This document shows positions 17,120 to 24,544 of a stretch of 64,000 nt of DNA, piece after piece. The position numbers and the translations under genes were made by a program. Position 1 is the stretch's first letter. The number at the start of each line of letters is the position of its first letter. The notes beneath the pieces are model-generated. The model was not told the DNA's origin, made no database searches, and saw nothing but the letters and a program-made list of their open reading frames with translations. Location: NCBI GenBank assembly GCA_000992695.1, contig LBUS01000004.1, forward strand, positions 17,454 through 81,453, written 5' to 3'. Source of the DNA: Candidatus Peregrinibacteria bacterium GW2011_GWF2_38_29 (GTDB taxonomy: Bacteria > Patescibacteriota > Gracilibacteria > UBA1369 > UBA12463).

Positions 17120-17884
17120 ATGAAACCGTACGACCCACAAAGAATAGACGACATTGAAAACCGCGCTTTTGCAGCAGCTTTTGAAGCAGTAGAACAAGAA
17201 AGTAGGGGGGGGTTACACGATAAATTCATAGGTCATTATAAAGAAGAAATCTTAAGAGCGCTTGAACCTGACCAAGATCCAAGCAGATCTTTAACAAGGA
17301 TTTGCAAAGAATCTTTGAGGGATTATGCAAGACATTCTTTAGAAGAAAGCCAAAGATCAGGATATTTAGAGGTAACAAAAGAAGTTGTTACACAATTTGC
17401 AATAAAATACTTCAAAGCTTTAAAAGAATATTTAAAAGCAAGAGAAGACGAAAAAACAGATATCGATGAAATCGTTGAAGAAGTAAGAATAAATGCGCTT
17501 CTATTATTAAGACAAGTTGAAGATGCATTGCCGGAGGACAATAGGCCTTTAAAATCAAGGAATAGGGTATCAACTGACTGGTTTAATTTAAAATGGCCAA
17601 AATTAATTGATATGGGAAAAGTTGAACGACAATTGGAAATTTGGAATTTGTTTAAAGAATCGATAACAAATCATTATTTATTTACAGCAAAAGATGGAAG
17701 ATCCTTAGGAGCAACACACCATAATTACTCGGGGATAAGGATGCAAGACATATTATTTATTTTAAATAGTGAAGAAGATGTCGGTATACATCGGCACATT
17801 GAAAGCAGAGGATTAAGAGAAGAAGATCATCTTGCCACATTACATCCAAATGGCCTTATTGATATCGTGAAAGAAAGCCCGTAA
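17120..17884 (+). CDS. Hypothetical protein (no family recognised) containing a G8 tract
   Basis: 254 aa ORF, acidic and helical at the N-terminus, His-rich at the C-terminus (THHNYSG, HRHIE, HPNG). Own TATAAT at 17093-17098. Confidence 0.5.
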   Translation: MKPYDPQRIDDIENRAFAAAFEAVEQESRGGLHDKFIGHYKEEILRALEPDQDPSRSLTRICKESLRDYARHSLEESQRSGYLEVTKEVVTQFAIKYFKALKEYLKAREDEKTDIDEIVEEVRINALLLLRQVEDALPEDNRPLKSRNRVSTDWFNLKWPKLIDMGKVERQLEIWNLFKESITNHYLFTAKDGRSLGATHHNYSGIRMQDILFILNSEEDVGIHRHIESRGLREEDHLATLHPNGLIDIVKESP

Positions 17885-18893
17885 TCACAAAATCCTCGCC
17901 AAGCTTTTTCATTTCCACATTTTTCGGCACAATAACATTCGCAACCTTCTCGACCCCGACTCCTTTAAATGGTGTTTTCGCATCTCCACCAATCAACTTT
18001 GGGGCAATAATCGCAATGTATTTATCAACACATCCAGCGTCCAAGAATTCACTCGCAACAGTTTCACCACCTTCAATAAGAGCGCTCATGATTCCCATAT
18101 CAAACAACTTTTTCAAAATAGTTTTCGCATCTCCACCATTATCTTTATTAAAAACAATTACATTATCATCACGAAAAACCTGCGCAGATTTTTGAAGTTT
18201 ATTTTCATTATCAAGAATAACGCGAATAGGGGATTTGCCTTTCACTAAGCGTACTCCAAGATGAGGATTATCCGCTAAAACAGTTCCGGCTCCAACAAGA
18301 ACAGCATCATGTTCAGCGCGTAATTGATGAACGAATTTTTGCGCCTTTGCGCCCGTTAAACCTCTTGAATCACCGGTTTTTGTCGCAATCTTTCCATCCA
18401 AGCTCATTGCCATTTTCAGCGTCACATATGGCATTTTCTTTAAAACATTTTTCAAAAAAACTTGATTCATTTCACGCGATTCATTTGTTTCGACTTCAGT
18501 CCCCATACTCACTTTCACACCCGCGTGCCTTAAAATATCAATTCCTTTTCCATTCGCATGCAAACTCGGATCCTTCATCGCAACAACAACTTCTTTAATT
18601 CCGGCTTCAATAATCGCGCCAGTGCACGGACCGGTTCTTCCAACATGACAACATGGCTCGAGCGTCACATACATTTTTGCTCCTTTTGCCAGTTTCCCGA
18701 CTTTTTTCAAAGCATTTATTTCAGCATGATTTTCACCCGCTTTTTTATGAAAACCTTCACCAATAATTTTTCCGGCTTTAACAATCACACATCCAACACA
18801 TGGATTCGGCAATGTTTTACCAAATCCACGCCTTGCAAGCCTTAAAGCGCGTTTCATAAATAATTCATCAACTTTTGATCGTTTAGTTTTCAT
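17856..18893 (-). CDS. ribD: Bifunctional riboflavin biosynthesis deaminase/reductase
   Basis: CMP/dCMP deaminase zinc motifs HAEINAL and TLEPCCHVGRTGPC, followed by a RibD_C reductase domain. 345 aa. Confidence 0.9.
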   Translation of the reverse strand: MKTKRSKVDELFMKRALRLARRGFGKTLPNPCVGCVIVKAGKIIGEGFHKKAGENHAEINALKKVGKLAKGAKMYVTLEPCCHVGRTGPCTGAIIEAGIKEVVVAMKDPSLHANGKGIDILRHAGVKVSMGTEVETNESREMNQVFLKNVLKKMPYVTLKMAMSLDGKIATKTGDSRGLTGAKAQKFVHQLRAEHDAVLVGAGTVLADNPHLGVRLVKGKSPIRVILDNENKLQKSAQVFRDDNVIVFNKDNGGDAKTILKKLFDMGIMSALIEGGETVASEFLDAGCVDKYIAIIAPKLIGGDAKTPFKGVGVEKVANVIVPKNVEMKKLGEDFVITGFLSRYQ

Positions 18894-20094
18894 TGAAAAT
18901 TCCGGAAAAAATATGACCCATCTTAATCTGTTTTGTTTTCAAATATTCCAAATTTCCTTTTGTAGGTTTTATTTGTATTGGCATACGTTTAACAATTTTT
19001 AACCCAAAACCATCAAGTCCAACAATTTTTCTTGGATTATTCGTCATCAAAATCATGTCCTTTACGCCAATGTCTTTCAAAATCTGAGCTCCAATGCCAT
19101 ATTCACGCAAATCATCGTTAAAACCAAGCATTTTATTCGCCTCAACAGTGTCATAACCTTTATTCTGAAGATTATAAGCTTTAAGTTTATTCACCAAACC
19201 AATCCCGCGTCCTTCTTGTTTTAAATAAAGCAAAACCCCACCGGATTTTCCAATTTTCTTCATCGCAAAATCAAGTTGTGCGCCACAATCACATTTAGTG
19301 GATTTAAAAATCTCACCAGTAATACATTCGCTATGCACGCGAACAAGCATTTCTTTCTTAGAATCGATTTTGCCTTTTATAAGCGCAATATGCTGTTTCA
19401 TCGAAATCCCATCTTCATAAACAACCATTTTGAACTTCCCATATTCGGTTGGAATTTCTGTCTCAACTTTTTTTTCAATTAATTTTTCTTTTTGCGTTCG
19501 ATATTTAATCAAATCCTTTATTGAAACAATCTTCAAATTATGAGCCTTTGCAAATCTTTTTAAATTCTCACCACGCGCCATTGTTCCATCAATCCAAAGT
19601 ATTTCACAGATAACAGCCGCAGGTTTAAATCCTGCTAATTTTGCAAGATCGGTCGCCGCTTCCGTATGTCCGGCTCTAACCAAAACTCCACCATCTTTCG
19701 CGATCAAAGGAAAGGTGTGTCCGGGCTTTAAAAAATCTTCAGGCTTTGATTTCATGTCAATAATCGCCTTAACGGTTTTAGCTCTATCAAAAGCCGAAAT
19801 TCCGGTTGTAGTACCTTTGATATAATCAACTGAAATCGCAAAATTACATCCAGAAGATTCGGAGTTTGATTCAACCATTGGACAAAAACCAAGCCTTCGC
19901 GCAATCTCGGAAGAAACCGGTGTACAAATAAGTCCACGTCCTTCCATAGACATAAAATTTATAAGTTCCGGCGTCACTTTTTCAGCCGCGCAAACCAAAT
20001 CGCCCTCATTTTCACGATCTTCATCGTCGGCAACTATAACTATTTTTCCATTTTTTATATCAAGGATTGCATCCTCGATTTTATTGAATTCCAT
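18883..20094 (-). CDS. ribBA: Bifunctional 3,4-dihydroxy-2-butanone-4-phosphate synthase / GTP cyclohydrolase II
   Basis: [12 protein letters not shown] (RibB) and [17 protein letters not shown] (RibA) motifs. The start is placed at [10 protein letters not shown] (20094); the ORF is open to 20127. Confidence 0.9.
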   Translation of the reverse strand: MEFNKIEDAILDIKNGKIVIVADDEDRENEGDLVCAAEKVTPELINFMSMEGRGLICTPVSSEIARRLGFCPMVESNSESSGCNFAISVDYIKGTTTGISAFDRAKTVKAIIDMKSKPEDFLKPGHTFPLIAKDGGVLVRAGHTEAATDLAKLAGFKPAAVICEILWIDGTMARGENLKRFAKAHNLKIVSIKDLIKYRTQKEKLIEKKVETEIPTEYGKFKMVVYEDGISMKQHIALIKGKIDSKKEMLVRVHSECITGEIFKSTKCDCGAQLDFAMKKIGKSGGVLLYLKQEGRGIGLVNKLKAYNLQNKGYDTVEANKMLGFNDDLREYGIGAQILKDIGVKDMILMTNNPRKIVGLDGFGLKIVKRMPIQIKPTKGNLEYLKTKQIKMGHIFSGIFNEN

Positions 20095-20680
20095 ATCTTG
20101 TAAACCTACAAATTTGGATGTTTTCACCCAATTTTACTCTCATATCATTAAGAAGATCGCCAATTGTTTTTGACGAATCTTTTACAAAAAGTTGCGTTAA
20201 AAGAGAAATTTCTTCACGGAATTTTTTCTCTTTTCCTTCCATGATTTTTATAACAACAGGTTCAGGCTTATTTTCTTTCATAAGTTGCTCTTTCCAAATT
20301 TCAATTTCTTTTTCAATAAGTTCAGCAGAAACATCCTCAGGATTTAAATATAAAGGATTTGAAGCTGTAATATGCATTGCGACATCTTTAACAAAAGCCT
20401 GAAAATCAGGGCTATTTGCAACAAAGTCAGTTTCACATCCGATGTGAACAATTGTTCCCATTCTTCCATTTCCATGAATATAAGATTGAACAACTCCACA
20501 TTTTGGATAACCGCTTGCACCAACTCTATCTGCACGATTTGATGCGGCACCTTGTTTTCTCAAATATTCGACGGATTTTACTAAATCACCGTTTGATTCT
20601 TCAAGAGCTTTCTTGCAAAGAGTCATAGAAACGCCTGTTGCTTCACGAAGTTCCTTAATTTGATCCATTGAAATTGCCAT
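20081..20680 (-). CDS. tsf: Translation elongation factor Ts (short form)
   Basis: N-terminal UBA-like [37 protein letters not shown]. 199 aa. Confidence 0.88.
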   Translation of the reverse strand: MAISMDQIKELREATGVSMTLCKKALEESNGDLVKSVEYLRKQGAASNRADRVGASGYPKCGVVQSYIHGNGRMGTIVHIGCETDFVANSPDFQAFVKDVAMHITASNPLYLNPEDVSAELIEKEIEIWKEQLMKENKPEPVVIKIMEGKEKKFREEISLLTQLFVKDSSKTIGDLLNDMRVKLGENIQICRFTRYGIQ

Positions 20681-20709
20681 ATTATTTTGAGTGTTAGATT
20701 TTTAATTAT

Positions 20710-21240
20710 TTATTTTTGCTCTGTAGGCTGAACAGCCGCAGGAGCGGATTCTGGAGCAGGGGAAGCAGTTAAAGCTTCCGGTTGTGCCGCTTGTTGCACG
20801 GGAGCTGGGGCTACAACAGCTGGAGCCGCAGCAGCAGCCTGAATTCCAAGATAAGGCTTGCCTGTCAAAATTGTATAAATTTTCTCAGCAGGAATAAATT
20901 TTCCAAGCCAAGTCGCAACCGGAATATAATTCGTTTTTCCGGTAAATCCCAAATATGCACCATAAACATTACCTGCTAAAAATATCAAATAAGTAAAGCT
21001 TCCAAATAAAGGCACAATTGCAAATACAAAGAGGCCGATAAACCAGAGTGCAAAAAGCGCCAAAGCGGCTCTAATATGATAAATAACAAGGTTTGATCCG
21101 GGTTTTTTAATAAGCGAAAAAGCGCAAATTATCACCGAAAAAAACGGAAAATAACACAAAGCTGACATTATTTTTTCATCTTTTTGATATGTTACTGTTT
21201 CCATATTATTTAGATTATTTATTATTTGCTCATTTGACAT
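20710..21240 (-). CDS. Small membrane protein (DUF4870-like) with an Ala/Pro-rich C-terminal tail
   Basis: MSALCYFPFFSVII.. followed by 3-4 TM helices and the tail AAAAAPAVVAPAPVQQAAQPE... The start is uncertain: ATG at 21240 lies inside the repeat, with an alternative ATG at 21204. Confidence 0.5.
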   Translation of the reverse strand: MSNEQIINNLNNMETVTYQKDEKIMSALCYFPFFSVIICAFSLIKKPGSNLVIYHIRAALALFALWFIGLFVFAIVPLFGSFTYLIFLAGNVYGAYLGFTGKTNYIPVATWLGKFIPAEKIYTILTGKPYLGIQAAAAAPAVVAPAPVQQAAQPEALTASPAPESAPAAVQPTEQK

Positions 21241-21276
21241 TCATTTGTCATTTGAAACAATTTGGATTTTGTTATT
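21231..21276. repeat. 46-nt dispersed repeat, copy 1
   Basis: CATTTGACATTCATTTGTCATTTGAAACAATTTGGATTTTGTTATT. It is 42/46 identical to 24490-24535 in the same orientation. Confidence 0.8.
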
Positions 21277-21964
21277 TTGCTGCAGGCTTTCTGCCTTCAG
21301 AAACAGCTTCCGTGACTTTTCCAATCAAATAAGTAAGTGATTTAAGAGCATCGTCATTGCCTGGAATTGGATATGTGATTGGATCCGGATCAGCATTTGA
21401 ATCAACAATACCAACAATCGCAATCTTCATTTTTTTAGCTTCTTTAACAGCAAGTCTGTTTCTAACGCAATCCGCGATAAAGACAACGTCCGGAACAGAT
21501 CTCATTGTAATAAGACCACCAAGAGACGCTTCAAGCTTATCTATTGTTTTGCGAAGAATAGATCCTTCTTTTTTCGTATATTTATCAAAATCATTTTCAT
21601 CTCTTTCAGCTTTCAAGTTTCTCAAATATTCAATACGTCTTGAAACTGTCGAAAAGTTTGTGAGTAAACCTGGAATCCAATCTTTTGATACAAAAGGCAT
21701 ATTGCAGATTTTTGCGGAATCTTCAATAATTTTCATTGCCTGAGGCTTTGTACCAACAAAAAGGACTGTTTTTCCTTCACTTGTAACTTTTTTCAAAAAA
21801 TCTAAAGCTCGCTCAAGATGAGATTTTGTTTTTGTTAAATCAAAAATGTGAATACCTTGGTGCTCAGTAAAGAGCATGTTTCTCATTTTTGGGTTCCATT
21901 TCGATGTTTTATGCCCGAAATGTACGGCATTTTCAAGGAGATCCTTGATGTCTACGGTTTTCAT
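21272..21964 (-). CDS. rpsB: 30S ribosomal protein S2
   Basis: VHFGHKTSKWNPKM signature, 230 aa, AAGGA Shine-Dalgarno 5 nt upstream. Confidence 0.95.
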   Translation of the reverse strand: MKTVDIKDLLENAVHFGHKTSKWNPKMRNMLFTEHQGIHIFDLTKTKSHLERALDFLKKVTSEGKTVLFVGTKPQAMKIIEDSAKICNMPFVSKDWIPGLLTNFSTVSRRIEYLRNLKAERDENDFDKYTKKEGSILRKTIDKLEASLGGLITMRSVPDVVFIADCVRNRLAVKEAKKMKIAIVGIVDSNADPDPITYPIPGNDDALKSLTYLIGKVTEAVSEGRKPAAK

Positions 21965-22120
21965 ATTCCTTAGGGTTAGCGCCCGTTTTCATCACTTTGC
22001 TGTTGTATTTTGGCTAAAGCCAAAACAGGAATAGGCAATCAGAAAACGAACTAAATTAATAAAGCTCCGTTACTTTAATACACAATTTTGCTTTTTGCAA
22101 GGGAAAAAAGCACCCACACA

Positions 22121-22178
22121 GCTCAAAGCTTTTGAGCTTTAAGTTGTGGTTTTGACTTTTAAGTTTTGACTTTTGAAC
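22121..22178. repeat. Heptad-periodic tract (same family as 6461-6517 and 54460-54556), starting with a 7-bp hairpin
   Basis: Minus sense: TCAAAAG TCAAAAC TTAAAAG TCAAAAC CACAAC TTAAAG CTCAAAAG. It shares the 16-mer AAAAGTCAAAACCACA with the tract at about 54520. The hairpin GCTCAAA-GCT-TTTGAGC is at 22121-22137. Confidence 0.7.
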
Positions 22179-22194
22179 TAAATTCTGCTATAAT
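22166..22194 (+). promoter_or_regulatory. Near-consensus sigma70 promoter (TTGACT-17-TATAAT) for the rsbW/rsbV/prsW-like operon
   Basis: TTGACT at 22166-22171, a 17-nt spacer, TATAAT at 22189-22194, and ATG at 22216. Confidence 0.6.
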
Positions 22195-22215
22195 TATATT
22201 AAATAAAATAAAAAA

Positions 22216-22731
22216 ATGCCCTCACAAGAGCAAGAACAAACAAAGATAACTGTTATTTTGCCGACAAATGCATATTTTACTGCCGGAATACGTGATTTTA
22301 CGCTTAATCTTATAAAAAACACGGCTCACTTTGGAGAAAAATGGGCATACAGATTTCAGCTTATAGTCGACGAACTTTGCAATAATGCAATTGAGCACGG
22401 CACAAAAGCCGGAGAAGATATCAAAATTACTTTCATATATAGCCACGAATTTATAGAAATATCAGTTGAGGACAATGGGAATGGTAAAAATAAAACTTCA
22501 GCAAAAGAAATGGAAAAACTAGTTGAAGAAAGAAAAAACCCAGCCTATGTGAACGCAGGAATTCGAGGTAGAGGACTTTCAAAAATCGTTGTAAACTGGA
22601 CAGATGAATTAAAATTTGAAGATATGCCTAAAGGTGGGCTAAAAGTAACTGCAAAAAAGCTTTTAAACACGCCTAAAAGCGAGGATATCAATGCTCCAAT
22701 GGAATCAACAAATCATATAATTTTAAAATAA
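22216..22731 (+). CDS. RsbW/SpoIIAB-like anti-sigma-factor-type serine kinase (HATPase_c)
   Basis: N-box DELCNNAIEHG, G1 box EDNGNG, G2 box GRGLSKI. 171 aa with no sensor or DHp domain. Confidence 0.75.
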   Translation: MPSQEQEQTKITVILPTNAYFTAGIRDFTLNLIKNTAHFGEKWAYRFQLIVDELCNNAIEHGTKAGEDIKITFIYSHEFIEISVEDNGNGKNKTSAKEMEKLVEERKNPAYVNAGIRGRGLSKIVVNWTDELKFEDMPKGGLKVTAKKLLNTPKSEDINAPMESTNHIILK

Positions 22732-22744
22732 TAACCAAAAAAAT

Positions 22745-23161
22745 ATGACAGAAGTAAATATCACAGTAGAAGACGTGCAAACAGGCAAGGAGAACACATT
22801 CGTAAAATTGGTTACAATTGTGGGCCAATTGGACGAAAGTAACGTTGATGAAAAATCAACAATGATCTATGAATTGATCAGCAAAACTCCCGCAAATCTC
22901 AGCTTGATTTTCAATCTTGAAAATCTTGAGTACATGAATAGCAAATCAATCGGTTATTTGACTGATTGGTACGGTAAAATTTCCTCTGCAAACGGTAAAA
23001 TGGTAATCGTAAAAGCAAAGCCAAACGTTGCCGATGTTTTGCAGGTTGTTGGATTAACACAATTGATTCCAATTTTCAACTCACTTGAGGAAGCTAAATT
23101 CGCAGTTTTAAACGACGCTCCAGCAACGCCGGAAGCCCCAGCAGCAGCCCCACAAGCTTAA
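22745..23161 (+). CDS. STAS-domain anti-anti-sigma factor-like protein (RsbV/SpoIIAA-like) with an Ala/Pro tail
   Basis: LEYMNSKSIGYL matches the SpoIIAA DSSGLG phospho-serine loop (Ser66). Followed by VVGLTQLIPIFNSLEEA. It starts 13 nt after the kinase gene. Confidence 0.75.
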   Translation: MTEVNITVEDVQTGKENTFVKLVTIVGQLDESNVDEKSTMIYELISKTPANLSLIFNLENLEYMNSKSIGYLTDWYGKISSANGKMVIVKAKPNVADVLQVVGLTQLIPIFNSLEEAKFAVLNDAPATPEAPAAAPQA

Positions 23162-23170
23162 TAACAAAAA

Positions 23171-24466
23171 ATGGAAAGCAATTTGTCACTAACAATCCTG
23201 TGCTTAGTACTTTCACTTATACCGGTCGTGATCTGGCTCGGATTAATGTTCTTAAAAGACGGTATCAATAAAAAAGTAATGTTCATTATATTTTTAGGTG
23301 GAATTGCAACCGTTCTTCCTCTTTTTGCCCTCGAATATTTATGGATAACTCCACCGGAAGTCGTTGAAGGATACAAACAAACAATACTTGATTTTTCATC
23401 TCAATATTTAACAAGTATAAACTTCAAAGACTGGATATCTTATTTCACAAATGATGTATTCGGACCGGCAATGCAAGCAATACTGGAATTTGGGAATAAA
23501 TTCAGTGCAATCAACTTTTTGCGTGTCGCTGAAGGCTCCGGGAGCTTAATATATCTACTCCCAACTTACATGTTTTTCGCAATGCTGGAGGAGGTTTTCA
23601 AACAATGGGTTTTGCGCTCAGCAGATAAGAAATATTTAATTGTAAAAGCCATAAATGACTCAGTGAAATATAGCATCGTAGCCGGCCTCGGCTTCTCATT
23701 CGCAGAAAACATCTTATATTTCAAAAATGGATGGGGAACGGATGCATTCATAAGTATGTATATTTTTAGAATTATATTCACATCAGCCGGACACATGGCG
23801 TTCTCCGGAATATTTGGTTATTACTATGGAATGAGCAAATTCGCCTTAACAATCAAAAAAGTCGAAAACTTATCGGGCGATACGGAAACAATTCGCAAAA
23901 GAATGGTTTTAAAAGGACTTGTTATAGCAATGGTTTTACACGGCATTTTCAACACTTCAGTTCAAGTATCAGAGATGTTTAAACCCGCACTAATATTCGC
24001 AATTTTCCTCATAGTTTCGATTTATATTTACGCTTATCTGCTTCTCAAAAGAAAAGCCGGTAACCTTGTTTTGGCTTCAGATATATCAAATGCAGAATCC
24101 TCAACAATGAGCAAAAAAAATGAAGAAACTTTACTTGAGCTAATAGATACATGGTTTAAAGAAGAAAAATATGCTGATGTTGTACAAGTTTGTGATAGGT
24201 TTTTACAGCGCGACCCGGACAATAACGTAATAAAACTTTTTAGAACAAAGGCTCTCGATCACGTCGAAGGCAACAATCCATCCAAGAAAATAATAAATAC
24301 GATTTTAGATAAACCAGTGGAAGTGAAAGATGAAAGTGTTTTAAATAAATACAAACCGGTTGAAGTAAAAAAAGACTTCCAAAACAGCGAAGAATTCAAA
24401 AAATTTCAAGAACAAGAACAAGCAAAAAAAACTGAAGAAAAAACCTTCAAACTTGATATTAGATAG
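23171..24466 (+). CDS. PrsW-family (CPBP-like) intramembrane protease with a C-terminal soluble TPR-like extension
   Basis: Multi-TM protein with motifs EEVFKQW (EExxK), SAGHMAFSG and VLHGIFN. The C-terminal 130 aa or so are hydrophilic. Confidence 0.65.
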   Translation: MESNLSLTILCLVLSLIPVVIWLGLMFLKDGINKKVMFIIFLGGIATVLPLFALEYLWITPPEVVEGYKQTILDFSSQYLTSINFKDWISYFTNDVFGPAMQAILEFGNKFSAINFLRVAEGSGSLIYLLPTYMFFAMLEEVFKQWVLRSADKKYLIVKAINDSVKYSIVAGLGFSFAENILYFKNGWGTDAFISMYIFRIIFTSAGHMAFSGIFGYYYGMSKFALTIKKVENLSGDTETIRKRMVLKGLVIAMVLHGIFNTSVQVSEMFKPALIFAIFLIVSIYIYAYLLLKRKAGNLVLASDISNAESSTMSKKNEETLLELIDTWFKEEKYADVVQVCDRFLQRDPDNNVIKLFRTKALDHVEGNNPSKKIINTILDKPVEVKDESVLNKYKPVEVKKDFQNSEEFKKFQEQEQAKKTEEKTFKLDIR

Positions 24467-24489
24467 TATCCGACTTATTCTATAAAAGC

Positions 24490-24535
24490 CATTTGTCATT
24501 TATTTGTCATTTGGAACAATTTGGATTTTGTCATT
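24490..24535. repeat. 46-nt dispersed repeat, copy 2
   Basis: CATTTGTCATTTATTTGTCATTTGGAACAATTTGGATTTTGTCATT. It is 42/46 identical to 21231-21276. Confidence 0.8.
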
Positions 24536-24544
24536 ATTAAACAA

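Noticed and set aside
24521-24544. TTG start of the GT4 gene, and the TTG starts at 44551 (Elp3) and 1296 (FtsB-like).
   Set aside because: Each TTG lies in a repeat or promoter element or overlaps the divergent gene. In-frame ATGs a few codons downstream fit the conserved N-termini better.
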